Shown here piece by piece: positions 9,484 through 19,191 of a DNA stretch of 64,000 nt (position 1 is its first letter; each line of letters starts with the position of its first letter). Below the pieces are notes generated by a model. It worked only from the letters and a program-made list of their open reading frames with translations, was not told where the DNA came from and made no database searches. The DNA is taken from positions 41,336 to 105,335 of the IMG/VR virus record IMGVR_UViG_3300038451_000147. The stretch is one strand, 5' to 3'. The DNA is from a virus. A program made the position numbers and the translations under genes.

Positions 9484-9591
9484 ATGGGAGAAAAAGAAGG
9501 AAAGCGGTACTACTTTTGGAGAACGGTGACAGGAACGATTTCTGCTGTAGGCACAATAATCATCCTGCTAAAGGTCTTTAATCTGATTTAG
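9484..9591 (+). CDS. 35 aa single-TM peptide
   Basis: MGEKEGKRYYFWRTVTGTISAVGTIIILLKVFNLI; TATA 9453-9459, 24 nt upstream. Confidence 0.55.
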   Translation: MGEKEGKRYYFWRTVTGTISAVGTIIILLKVFNLI

Positions 9592-10091
9592 GCTTCGTTG
9601 AGGAAAGGAACTCCCATCTCATCCTTATCCTTGTCTTCGTCTGAAGGCTCAAGTTCATATTCCTCTGAGGTCTCGTCTGCCGGATTGCCTTTGTGCTTCT
9701 CGGACTCGTAGGTGTCTCCTAATTCGGCTTGAGTCTCTGGTTCTCGCACCATCTTCTCTCCCTCTTCGGTTGCGACATAGCCGCCATACTCGGTCTCGAC
9801 TATCAGTCCTTGGTCTACCAGACTCTTGAGGGCTGGCTTGACCTTCGTTGTTCCTTCCTTCACCGCGTCCATAATGGCATCATGCAGTTCAGAATCCTTC
9901 TCCTGAATCTCAAAGGCGATGTCAGCCATACTTGCTGGCCCACCATATTCCTCTTTGTAATGGGCTACCTGAAAGAGAACTTCGGCCTCTATATCTAACT
10001 CTCCACTGTCCAAAGCCGTTTCTGGGGCCGTCTCAGGCTCTTCTACTGGCTCTGGATTCGGCTCAGTCTCAGAGTCGGTTGCTATAGCCAT
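9588..10091 (-). CDS. Acidic protein with a central winged-helix domain
   Basis: ALKSLVDQGLI....GGYVATEEG wing motif. Confidence 0.6.
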   Translation of the reverse strand: MAIATDSETEPNPEPVEEPETAPETALDSGELDIEAEVLFQVAHYKEEYGGPASMADIAFEIQEKDSELHDAIMDAVKEGTTKVKPALKSLVDQGLIVETEYGGYVATEEGEKMVREPETQAELGDTYESEKHKGNPADETSEEYELEPSDEDKDKDEMGVPFLNEA

Positions 10092-10149
10092 AGGATAGGA
10101 AAGGGGCTAGGAGTATTTAAATATAGCGACTTGCTCTATCTACTATAGT

Positions 10150-10629
10150 ATGAGCATCGTTCCACCTGCGATAGTCCAATACTGCAATACACAGGACATC
10201 GTGAGACTACTCAATCTGCAACAGTCCAGCACAGACCCCAACAAGTATCTCGTCTGGCAGATTCCGACCTCAGTAGACATCATAAACACCTTTGTCCGGT
10301 ATGGGAACGAACAGACTACTGCTACATGGGGAGACCTCACCCAAAGTTCATTATTGCCTCTCGCAAGGCAGTATGCCGTCTTCACAGCCGCCCTAAATAT
10401 GATAGAGACGATGACAGTAAATTGGGTGATTTCCGGTCTACCAGTGACCATCGGTGATGTCAGCATCAACAGACTCCAAGCCATGCAAGCGGCAACAGTT
10501 GAAGTCAAAGAGAGGTTCAAAGAGGAGATAGGCATACTCTACGTCAAGTTGTCAGAAATCTCGTTCCCCAACAACTATCAGAGTCCAAGTCCATACGTTG
10601 ACTTCGGTGGGAGTCCGTATTGGAGTTAG
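10150..10629 (+). CDS. Head-tail adaptor (gp6/gp15-like)
   Basis: N-terminal YCNTQDI, helical core, TIGDVSI hairpin; first gene of the neck operon. Confidence 0.65.
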   Translation: MSIVPPAIVQYCNTQDIVRLLNLQQSSTDPNKYLVWQIPTSVDIINTFVRYGNEQTTATWGDLTQSSLLPLARQYAVFTAALNMIETMTVNWVISGLPVTIGDVSINRLQAMQAATVEVKERFKEEIGILYVKLSEISFPNNYQSPSPYVDFGGSPYWS

Positions 10630-10639
10630 GTGATTAAAA

Positions 10640-12703
10640 ATGGCTCCGCCTTTCACACCTGTAACTGTAACAGATTCTACAACAGGAGTAGATACCATCG
10701 GCCCTTTACAACGAAATTTGATAGCGACTTGGACAACGCCTCAAACAACCACAAGCGGAACTACCACAGACCTCTGCAATCAGCCAAAGACATTCGTTGG
10801 CAACGATGGCTACTACTACGCCTTCTATGCAGACGACATGGACGAGATAAGTTACTCCTACACCACCGATGGAACCATTTGGACAGAGGTTCAAAATATA
10901 TTCGGTAGCAAGGACACATCAGATGCCGCAGATTTCGTGGTCTGGTATGACGATGCAAGTGACAAAGTGGCAATCGCACGAATCTCGGAAGGTGACTTCA
11001 CAGCCTTCTATTGGAGCATTGGCACACCATACCAAGGAGCCATAACTTGGGACTATTTTGATGAGACGAAGATGGTGCTTTACCAATCCTACATAGAGTT
11101 TCCTAGCGTCTACATAGGCTCCAACCACGATTCCACTGGCACATATCTCTGGGTATCTGTGACAACTGAAGACAATTCCAACAACTACTACAATGAGGTC
11201 TGGCGATACACCTACAGCGACATTTCACCTAGTTGGACTGAGATTCTGGTTACCCCAACCGACTTTTCCAGCCACGCCCTTACAGTAATCGTGGGAACTC
11301 CAACAAGCCATGATTTGGTTTTGTTCAGAGGCGGATTCACTGCATGGAGCGATGTAGTGACATTCTACTCCTCAATAAACGATGGAACATCATTTACTGC
11401 TGGCTCTCCAACATCCGGCACTTACACTCTTGAATGGAGTGGATACACGGTCTATGACGACACAGTGTATATCTCAGCAGTAGGCCCGACTGGAGAAGGC
11501 GGTGGTAGCCTATCCTTGGTAGCATATAACGCGAATACAGATTCGGTAACTGAAAACAATCTCATACCTACCTTCCCCATACTTTGGAGCATGGTATTCG
11601 ATGGCGGAGCAACCATCTCAGTAAATCTGTATGGTTTCACCATCCTATGTGCAGGCTCAGATGAGACCATTTCAATCACCCAAAGTCAGCCTTGGTATGA
11701 GTTCAATCCTGCCCTAATGACATGGATGGCCCCAACAACACTGTGGACAGGAAGCGAAGTCGCGCCCCAATATCCTCAGATATACTACAAGGAAGTGCCG
11801 GGTAGCCCACTATCAGCAGTAGCAGAATGGACGACCTTCGCTCCCACAAACACATGGGCCACTATCCTGTATCCGTCAATGCTCATAGGTGGAGTCATTG
11901 GTATATTAGATACTACAAGTGATATGGAATTTATTAGTCACTACAACGCTTCCTTCTATGTATCTGATAGCGCGATTGCGATTGAGTCTCTCGGCCATCT
12001 CATTCATGAAGGAGATGCGGCTCTTGCATTAGAGTATCTCGGCTTGCTAACCAAACGTGGTATACTAGATAGCACAACAGACATTGAATCTATCATTGTA
12101 AACATTAGCACTCTCCACAAGACCATACAGGATTACGCTTACGCAGTTGATTGGGCAGTAGGTGGAAATCTTGTAGGTCTTTTCGACATGGCCTACGCAG
12201 AAGACAAGATTTCGGTGCAAAAGTTCTGCACATACAGTCCCATCTCTGGAGCCATCCCTCTAACAGCTATGGACACCGATTACATAGCCCTTACCTACCG
12301 CCAGATGATAGACATGACTGGAATCCCCATCACCTACAGGACTCAGCATATAGTTGGCCACGATGCCTATGAGCACCCCATAATCAAATACACCGATTCC
12401 ATACTCACCGCCTTCATCACCATCTTCACCAACGTAGAATACGAGTATGTTGAAGAGGGCTTCCTGCCTAACCACTACGCCAGTATGTGGATATACTGTG
12501 TAGCCCCACAGGTAGGAGACCATGTAGTGTGGCAAAGCATAGAGTGGGAAGTAAGGAACTCCATACCGAAGGTCATCGGCAACAAGACCGTCTACTATCA
12601 GACCATCCTCAGAAGGGTGCTTGCGAATGTACCGCCAGCCGCACCTGACCCGAATACACTTAATAGTGGCGGAGTAGCAAGTCTCCCCACAGGCGACCCG
12701 TAG
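10640..12703 (+). CDS. Propeller-like + stalk repeats + C-terminal head-closure domain fusion
   Basis: BNR-like YTTDGTIW and SINDGTSF motifs; D-x-A-x-A-x-D/E repeats; last ~130 aa resemble a stopper protein (G.PITYR, EEGFL, PQVGDHV, WEV); lies between adaptor and terminator. Confidence 0.55.
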   Translation: MAPPFTPVTVTDSTTGVDTIGPLQRNLIATWTTPQTTTSGTTTDLCNQPKTFVGNDGYYYAFYADDMDEISYSYTTDGTIWTEVQNIFGSKDTSDAADFVVWYDDASDKVAIARISEGDFTAFYWSIGTPYQGAITWDYFDETKMVLYQSYIEFPSVYIGSNHDSTGTYLWVSVTTEDNSNNYYNEVWRYTYSDISPSWTEILVTPTDFSSHALTVIVGTPTSHDLVLFRGGFTAWSDVVTFYSSINDGTSFTAGSPTSGTYTLEWSGYTVYDDTVYISAVGPTGEGGGSLSLVAYNANTDSVTENNLIPTFPILWSMVFDGGATISVNLYGFTILCAGSDETISITQSQPWYEFNPALMTWMAPTTLWTGSEVAPQYPQIYYKEVPGSPLSAVAEWTTFAPTNTWATILYPSMLIGGVIGILDTTSDMEFISHYNASFYVSDSAIAIESLGHLIHEGDAALALEYLGLLTKRGILDSTTDIESIIVNISTLHKTIQDYAYAVDWAVGGNLVGLFDMAYAEDKISVQKFCTYSPISGAIPLTAMDTDYIALTYRQMIDMTGIPITYRTQHIVGHDAYEHPIIKYTDSILTAFITIFTNVEYEYVEEGFLPNHYASMWIYCVAPQVGDHVVWQSIEWEVRNSIPKVIGNKTVYYQTILRRVLANVPPAAPDPNTLNSGGVASLPTGDP

Positions 12704-13171
12704 ATGGTAATCATAAGTCAACCGCCAAACGGGGTAGACCCCATCCTTTTCCTACAGGGCTTGCTAGTAGGTCAAATCAGAGACGACTCAGGAACTATCG
12801 TGCGAATAACGGTAGTCTATCCGAAAGAGATACAAGGGATAACCATGCCTCTGATAATAATCAACCAGAAGCCAGAAGAGATGAGATTCATCAGCATCCC
12901 CGCCTTGAGACGCAGATGGACTACGCCTTTCACCCTTGAGATTTGGGCCAAAAGCGTGGAGCAGAGATACGCCATAAAAGAGAGCCTGATGGCTAGACTG
13001 GATGCCATCACTGGCCCTGCAAACCAACTCGCAGATAACTATGTGTATATGTGGTTCAAGGTCAACGAGCCGAAAGACCAACAGAAGAAGTTCGGACAGC
13101 CCATATTCACAATCGGATTCCAAGTCACACTGGTCTACGACACCCTCACAGCACAAGTGCCACCGTTATGA
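12704..13171 (+). CDS. Tail terminator protein
   Basis: MPLIII, FTLEIWAKS..QR pattern, ~155 aa, synteny. Confidence 0.65.
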   Translation: MVIISQPPNGVDPILFLQGLLVGQIRDDSGTIVRITVVYPKEIQGITMPLIIINQKPEEMRFISIPALRRRWTTPFTLEIWAKSVEQRYAIKESLMARLDAITGPANQLADNYVYMWFKVNEPKDQQKKFGQPIFTIGFQVTLVYDTLTAQVPPL

Positions 13172-13244
13172 TAACAAGAGAGAACTTAGGTAGCAGAAGT
13201 AACGAACAGGTCGTCAATGTCGGTGCTCTGTTCTATCCAGCCTT

Positions 13245-13562
13245 CTAGCCTTTTAGTAGATTGACATCCTCTACTGAAAGCAGTGCTTCAGAAAGTTTAT
13301 CGAAGAAGGGACTTTGCACCAGTTCACCCATCAGACTATACTTGTCGGCCAGTTCAGCAACAAGGGTCAGAACGTCTTGGTCTTCCACAATCTCTGCCCC
13401 ACAGTAGATGGCGATGGGAGCCTTGGTCTCCTTACAGAAGATGAAGGTGTAGTCTAAGACACGCGCAACGTGCTTGGTGTGTTTGCAGTTGGTAGAAGTG
13501 TGGTCGCCCTCAAAGAGTAGAACATATTTCCCGTCACTAGCCTTGGCCCCTGTTAGAAGCAT
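13245..13562 (-). CDS. Hypothetical protein
   Basis: ATG 13562, 24 nt from TATA 13587-13594. Confidence 0.55.
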   Translation of the reverse strand: MLLTGAKASDGKYVLLFEGDHTSTNCKHTKHVARVLDYTFIFCKETKAPIAIYCGAEIVEDQDVLTLVAELADKYSLMGELVQSPFFDKLSEALLSVEDVNLLKG

Positions 13563-13643
13563 CTTAATCCTTATAAGGAAGAAGCCTTTATTAAGCATTG
13601 CGACCAACACGCTTAAATAAGCCGAGTTAGATAGGGTGGAGCA

Positions 13644-13958
13644 ATGGTGTATTCCAAGAAAATGGACGAAATCTACGGGGAGACGATGTATCCAAAGTCA
13701 CTGCCAACAGTCGCCTTTTCAATCACACCCACCCTCAAGGAAGTCGTTACGAGCAGAGGAATTGTAACGGAAGGGGTAAAGAGGATGGGCATCAAAATCA
13801 AAGGCACTCACTTCAAGTTGGACACCCCTATCGGGAAACTAGGAATCAAGGAGATTTCAGTTATCCATGCGAGAGACGATGGTGACTTCACCAACATCTA
13901 CACGCATAGGTATTCCGTCCTAGCCATTCCCCTTCCCAAACAGCCCCGTAAGAAGTAA
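13644..13958 (+). CDS. Hypothetical protein
   Basis: TATA 13613-13619. Confidence 0.55.
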   Translation: MVYSKKMDEIYGETMYPKSLPTVAFSITPTLKEVVTSRGIVTEGVKRMGIKIKGTHFKLDTPIGKLGIKEISVIHARDDGDFTNIYTHRYSVLAIPLPKQPRKK

Positions 13959-14002
13959 CTAGGGACAACCTTAAATAGTCCCTTCCCCTTTATTAATTCA
14001 GT

Positions 14003-14761
14003 ATGCCATTCGCAGACTACAAGGACTTTACCGACTGTGTGTCTAAGAACAAGTCAAAAGACGACCCGTCAGCCTACTGTGGCTATATAAAACACCAAGT
14101 TGAGGGTGGCAAGAAGAAAGAAGAAATCATGGATTTCCCAGAGCACCAACTCTTCCATCTCGAAGAGGCAGAGAGGTCGCTTAACACAGGGCCAAGCGGA
14201 AAGAAACTTCCCTATCCCTGTCAGTATTGCACACAACAGTATCCAAGTTATTACGCTCTCTCCGAACACATGGGTATAGACCATCCAGACAAGTTCCAAC
14301 ATCAAGAAGAGTCTCATGGTGGAGACCGCCAGACCAGACTACCAAAAGGAGTTCAACACACTATAAAGAGGATGGGTGGGCCTGAATCGTGGAATCCAGA
14401 AGGAATAGAGAAGGAGACTGAGAATATCAAAGAGGCTACTGCTTTCCTCAACACACTGAAGGCAACGATTGATGAGGTCACGCTCATAGCAAAGGATACT
14501 GGTTACATGGGTGTCTCTAATAAGGTAAGTCCTACAGCACCCACCTACAGTTTCCCCGTCTCAGGAGACCTTGTAGATACCGTAGTCCATGAGGTAAAGG
14601 GCTTTGACGTTCAGACCAACTTCTACAACCAGACTATGGCTGAACTCAAAGACATCGTAAAGGATGCCGACAAGTTCTTCATAGACGCTGGCTGGAACTC
14701 CAAGGAAACCGTCAAGGAGTATGCGAAGCACATAAAGAAGAACGGAAAGGATTTCGATTAG
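14003..14761 (+). CDS. Modular protein with N-terminal PF..Y.DF.DC...P.AYC motif and a C2H2 finger
   Basis: CQYC..HMGIDH; the N-terminal motif is one I associate with viral head-region proteins; TATA 13971-13977. Confidence 0.6.
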   Translation: MPFADYKDFTDCVSKNKSKDDPSAYCGYIKHQVEGGKKKEEIMDFPEHQLFHLEEAERSLNTGPSGKKLPYPCQYCTQQYPSYYALSEHMGIDHPDKFQHQEESHGGDRQTRLPKGVQHTIKRMGGPESWNPEGIEKETENIKEATAFLNTLKATIDEVTLIAKDTGYMGVSNKVSPTAPTYSFPVSGDLVDTVVHEVKGFDVQTNFYNQTMAELKDIVKDADKFFIDAGWNSKETVKEYAKHIKKNGKDFD

Positions 14762-14802
14762 AAGTCAGCCTTATATAGCCCCACTACTCTAATTACTACA
14801 GT

Positions 14803-16818
14803 ATGGCCAAACCAGAGGCTTACGGTAAGACATCGCCCGTCTCCACCTGCCCCATTTGTCATGACTTCATGCTACCCGAAGAGTATGACAAGCACGTTAT
14901 GACCGAGCATACCAAAGACCAACGAGAGCGACACGGAGTCAAAGTTGAGGAGAAACCGGGGCCAAAAGGCCACTTCTACGGAGATGTCTGGTCTAAATAT
15001 GACGAGCAACAGCCCTACCAATTCACTCAAACCGAGTTTGATGCCATCACTAAAGATGCGTGGGAAGCAGATTGTGAGCAATGTCGAAGCATAATCGAGA
15101 ACACAGAGATGGACGGCTCTGAATATGCCATCCATCCGACCTCAGAACAGAAGGCGCACATGACCGACCTCTTTGGCTATTCGGCAGAACGCGCTCAAAA
15201 GCCAACGGGCTATCTAGACCCTGAAGACCCACAATGGCAAAAGTCCGTTGAGCACATTCAAGAGAGACAAAAGAAGCCGGGTAACATAGGAACCTTCGGG
15301 CCACAATCCGGTATGCGGAGAGGAGAGCCGACTAGAGACGAGTGGCAAATCGCCAGTTATCTAGACTCGATTGGACTGGAATACATTCACAAGATGAAAC
15401 TCGGAGAGATAGACCCTACAGTTGGGAAGCCAAAGGTAGAATATGACTTCTTCATTCCATCGCTTCTGATAGCCATCGAGACCAGTCCGAGCTGGCATGA
15501 AGGTGGGCCTAGTGAACTCGCAAGGGTAGCCGAGAACGACAAGTTCAAAAGGAAGTTCGCCAAAGAGAACGGGATAGAACTCTTCGTCTACGACCCCGAT
15601 GAGAAGTTCGGCAGTGCGGAGTTCATAAACACGGTCTTGGCTCCTGAACTGAGGACGCATGGTGTGGATGCCCCAGATGTGCCAGCAGGAGAAATTCCGG
15701 CTCCATCTGAGAAAGATGAAGACCTTTCGATAGAAGGGCGAACCTATGGCGACCCACGCTTCAACGAGTGGGACACCCCGTTCATCTACAGAGAAGAAGA
15801 GGAAGATAAGAGACCAGAAAGTTGGGGAAGAGTCAAGCACAGCACTTGTGTTTGTCATGACCCACCGAATAACAAGACTTCTTTTTGTGATGAATGTGAT
15901 ATGCACCATCATGATAACGATTGGATGGAAGACCATCTAGAGATACAAAGTATGCGAGAGGTTGAAGCGGATTTTGGTAAAAGAGATGAACAGAAGGGAG
16001 TAGGTTACGATTGGAACTACAACACCAAGTATCGAGAGAAACCCATTCTTGAAGAAGAAGGTGAGCCAGTCGGAGACAGTTGGAAAGTCAAAGGAAAGCA
16101 CAACATATGTAAGAAGTGCGGCAAAGAAACGGAACTATGTGACATCTGCAACTATCATCACCATTTGGACAACTTTGCAGGTGAGCATGAGAAGTTCCAG
16201 ATGATTGTCAACTCTGGTGGTTTTGACTGGAACAAACTGCCGCCCCAACTGCAAACCTTTGAGAGCAAGTATGGAACCGCCTTCCCTTGCCCTATGGACA
16301 TAGACCCTGAAGACATGGGAACCTTCCAAAAGGAAGAGCAAACTGATGTTCCAAAAGGCGTGGTTCCACCTGAAGGATATGCAAGACAGACTACAGAAGA
16401 AGCGGCTTTGGGCGTGCTAGACCATCTGATAAAGGGTGGAGTGGAGAGTTTCGATTCGTGGGACGAAGTGATAGAGCACCTTCAGTTCTTGGTGGATACT
16501 GGTTACATCGCCAACTTCCAACCGCCCAACATCTCTGAAGAGGAGTTTGAGGTATGGAAGCCTCTCATACAAGGTATGATGAGACAGCAGACAAGATGGC
16601 CCGACCTCAAAGAGCAATCTGGGATACCCCAAAACATCCCCACTGGCGCATATACCCGACTGGAACCCTTGACCCAAGACCAGTCTCAGAACTTTCCTAG
16701 ATTCCCAGAGCGTGGGAAGGTCAACACCATAGAACAGCAGAGTGGTGGAGAAGAGTTAGAGGCCCAGAACATCCTCAAACTAGAGGAAGAGATTAAGAAA
16801 CTGGAATCCCAAGTTTAG
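14803..16818 (+). CDS. Multi-module protein: C2H2 finger, Vsr/DUF559-like nuclease domain, Cys/His modules
   Basis: CPIC..H..H; YDFFIPSLLIAIETSPSWH..NDKFKRKFAKENGIELF; repeated C..C..C..C.HHH modules. Confidence 0.65.
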   Translation: MAKPEAYGKTSPVSTCPICHDFMLPEEYDKHVMTEHTKDQRERHGVKVEEKPGPKGHFYGDVWSKYDEQQPYQFTQTEFDAITKDAWEADCEQCRSIIENTEMDGSEYAIHPTSEQKAHMTDLFGYSAERAQKPTGYLDPEDPQWQKSVEHIQERQKKPGNIGTFGPQSGMRRGEPTRDEWQIASYLDSIGLEYIHKMKLGEIDPTVGKPKVEYDFFIPSLLIAIETSPSWHEGGPSELARVAENDKFKRKFAKENGIELFVYDPDEKFGSAEFINTVLAPELRTHGVDAPDVPAGEIPAPSEKDEDLSIEGRTYGDPRFNEWDTPFIYREEEEDKRPESWGRVKHSTCVCHDPPNNKTSFCDECDMHHHDNDWMEDHLEIQSMREVEADFGKRDEQKGVGYDWNYNTKYREKPILEEEGEPVGDSWKVKGKHNICKKCGKETELCDICNYHHHLDNFAGEHEKFQMIVNSGGFDWNKLPPQLQTFESKYGTAFPCPMDIDPEDMGTFQKEEQTDVPKGVVPPEGYARQTTEEAALGVLDHLIKGGVESFDSWDEVIEHLQFLVDTGYIANFQPPNISEEEFEVWKPLIQGMMRQQTRWPDLKEQSGIPQNIPTGAYTRLEPLTQDQSQNFPRFPERGKVNTIEQQSGGEELEAQNILKLEEEIKKLESQV

Positions 16819-16861
16819 CCTTGAGAGCCGTCATGTGCCAACATTTTTGGTTATTGAACCA

Positions 16862-17332
16862 TTATTTCCATTTGATAACAAAGGGCAATGGCCCAAACTT
16901 CAACTCAAGATAATGCCTAGCATTACAAGGTCTGCAAGTTACTTCCAAATCTTCTATTGACCTCTCGCCAGAGAGGATTTTTTTGTAAAAGGTCGTAGTT
17001 TTACTGCTACCATTATGCTTGTGTTTGTAATCAGTCTTATTTCCGCCACCCTTCTTATGATTAACCTCAAGCAATCGAATATCATCGCATCCACAATAGA
17101 CACATTTTGGAACTTCAAAACCAGATACCTTCTGAAAGACCTTCAGACGATGCTCAAGATACCACTTATGAAGACGTTCAGCATATCCTGTTTTTTCTCG
17201 CCAACTTTTGTTCTTTCTGTTCATCTCATCTCTATGCACTTCACGATAGTTTCTGTCATACTTACATTGGCAATCTTTACATCGGCTTTGTCTTGGAGCG
17301 TCTATCTCTTTTCCACAAGAACAATGAGGCAT
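16862..17332 (-). CDS. HNH-type endonuclease
   Basis: CVYCG..LEVNHKKGGG..TCRPCN; AT-rich. Confidence 0.7.
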   Translation of the reverse strand: MPHCSCGKEIDAPRQSRCKDCQCKYDRNYREVHRDEMNRKNKSWREKTGYAERLHKWYLEHRLKVFQKVSGFEVPKCVYCGCDDIRLLEVNHKKGGGNKTDYKHKHNGSSKTTTFYKKILSGERSIEDLEVTCRPCNARHYLELKFGPLPFVIKWK

Positions 17333-17358
17333 ACTTCCTTATTAGAGGATTGTGGTAT

Positions 17359-17589
17359 TTAACTCTTGTGACTGCTAACATCATTCACATACGCAAGAAG
17401 AAGAGTCATATGACGACAATGCCTATGAACCCAAAAACCCAGACAGTCGCACGACCCCACATTCGCTTCTCTACTGTAGAAGAGGTTGTGTGGTAGGTCT
17501 TCGGGATGAGACTTGGATTTGACTGTAGCGAACACTAAACCACCTTCATCTTGCAATATAGTTACTTCAGACATTTCTCTTTCTCCCAT
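17359..17589 (-). CDS. SWIM Zn-finger protein
   Basis: CDC..F....CRH. Confidence 0.75.
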   Translation of the reverse strand: MGEREMSEVTILQDEGGLVFATVKSKSHPEDLPHNLFYSREANVGSCDCLGFWVHRHCRHMTLLLAYVNDVSSHKS

Positions 17590-18097
17590 AATATTCTTGA
17601 AGCAAAGGTTCTACAATGCTTCTAATGTTACTCCAACGCCTACCCACTTTAACTTCATAAGCGACTTGGCAATTCATACAACAGGTTTCCAAATCGTCTG
17701 TCTTCCTCTTTCCAGATACTATCATTCTATAAAGGTCGTTGCCTTCTAGTTTTAGAGCCTTTCTTTCAGAATTGCCGCCCCCGTTCTTATGGTTGATAGA
17801 TAAAATCAAAGGATTTGCTTCACCACAATACACACACTTTGTCCCAACAATTCTCAACGCCTTGCTTTTTACTCTCCAATTATAATTGCCAGCATATTCG
17901 GGATGCTCTCGAAGATAATGTCTATGATAGCCTTCGTAAGACAAACCCTTTATCTGTCGCTTTCTTGCTGTCTCAATTGAGCATTTTTTACATTGTGTGC
18001 GATACCAAAATTTGCCAGTCTTTGTGTTCCTATTAACATAGAACTCAGAAAGAGGTCGCTCTACTCCACATTTAGTGCAAACCTTAGAAGTTATCAC
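17567..18097 (-). CDS. HNH-type endonuclease with N-terminal Zn finger
   Basis: KVCTKCG..FY..CKKC; CVYCG..INHKNGGG..CMNCQ; AT-rich. Confidence 0.7.
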   Translation of the reverse strand: MITSKVCTKCGVERPLSEFYVNRNTKTGKFWYRTQCKKCSIETARKRQIKGLSYEGYHRHYLREHPEYAGNYNWRVKSKALRIVGTKCVYCGEANPLILSINHKNGGGNSERKALKLEGNDLYRMIVSGKRKTDDLETCCMNCQVAYEVKVGRRWSNIRSIVEPLLQEYYGRKRNV

Positions 18098-18159
18098 AGT
18101 AGCATTATAGCATTTCTACTATAAAAACATTTTGGTAGAAATCCTGTAGAACCTCTACC

Positions 18160-18420
18160 TCATTTGGACTTTGGTTGCTCTGGATAGCCAAGTTGCTTCC
18201 GCCTCTTCTCCCTCTCTTCCTTCGTGTCGTAAGGAAGTATTGTTCCCGACTCGAAGCCTATCTCATTCTGCATTATGGCGGGAGCGTTGGTGACTGGCTC
18301 GATGCTTCCCAAGCCGCTTCCTGTTGAGTAGATGACGCATTCTGGTCTCATATGTGCCAAATCGTCCTCTTCAGTCAGGATAGTGACATGATGAGTTGTG
18401 CAGACTCTTTCTATTCCCAT
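18160..18420 (-). CDS. Hypothetical protein
   Basis: Member of the 21318-18160 minus-strand operon. Confidence 0.5.
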   Translation of the reverse strand: MGIERVCTTHHVTILTEEDDLAHMRPECVIYSTGSGLGSIEPVTNAPAIMQNEIGFESGTILPYDTKEEREKRRKQLGYPEQPKSK

Positions 18421-18428
18421 GCTACCAC

Positions 18429-18704
18429 TTACTGGCTCTCTGCCCTATATAAAGATTCGTTGAAACCTTTGACCAATGCTTCAAGTCTTCTCTTGCCTAC
18501 CCTCTGATAATCAGTCTCTAAATCTTCAAGTGCTCTCGTCACTTCAAGAATGGTGTAGTTTATAGCTTTGTGCGCCCAAAACTCGCACTCGGATTCAGGA
18601 ACGGGTTTGCTTAGATTGTCTGTCTCTGTCATCCCATTGATTGAATCCAAGTAATCCATATAGGCTTGATTGCTTGCATCAAGACACTTCTGGCAGAAGT
18701 TCAT
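18429..18704 (-). CDS. Hypothetical protein (MNFCQKC...)
   Basis: ATGA overlap with the upstream ORF. Confidence 0.5.
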   Translation of the reverse strand: MNFCQKCLDASNQAYMDYLDSINGMTETDNLSKPVPESECEFWAHKAINYTILEVTRALEDLETDYQRVGKRRLEALVKGFNESLYRAESQ

Positions 18705-18937
18705 TGCTTCATCCCTCTGAATACTGCTACAATCCACCAGACGGCGGCTTGAAGCATCAACGTGGCTGTAGTTATGAGGAGTCCTTCTTCGTAGAAACAT
18801 GGAACCATGAACGTGAGCAAGGCCGAACACGGAATCGAAGTCTTTCGTGGAACTTGGGCGTTCTTATTCCATGCAGTAGGCATCGTAGTAAGTGCTAATC
18901 CGAATGACGCTATTGCTATCAGTAAATCCCATATCAA
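18701..18937 (-). CDS. Small 3-TM membrane protein
   Basis: TTGA overlap start; three hydrophobic segments. Confidence 0.5.
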   Translation of the reverse strand: MIWDLLIAIASFGLALTTMPTAWNKNAQVPRKTSIPCSALLTFMVPCFYEEGLLITTATLMLQAAVWWIVAVFRGMKQ

Positions 18938-19191
18938 AGAGACCCCACCCTCTCGATACCGCCAAAGTCTTGCATTAGAAGGTAAGTGCCTTCTGGTGTA
19001 AGTGGCCACGCCTTTGATTCGTAGACAAGTTTGTATGAGTCTTGGTCTGGGTCGTAGACAACACCAACAAGTTTCGCGTCAGAAGGGAGATGGGACTTAA
19101 TCCTGTAAACCCCATTCAACTTGAACATCTCTTGCATTCCTTCCCTAGTCACCAAAAGGAACTTCTTGCCAGTCATGGGTTGAGGCATCAT
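18934..19191 (-). CDS. Hypothetical protein
   Basis: Coupled to the uS2 stop codon. Confidence 0.55.
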   Translation of the reverse strand: MMPQPMTGKKFLLVTREGMQEMFKLNGVYRIKSHLPSDAKLVGVVYDPDQDSYKLVYESKAWPLTPEGTYLLMQDFGGIERVGSL

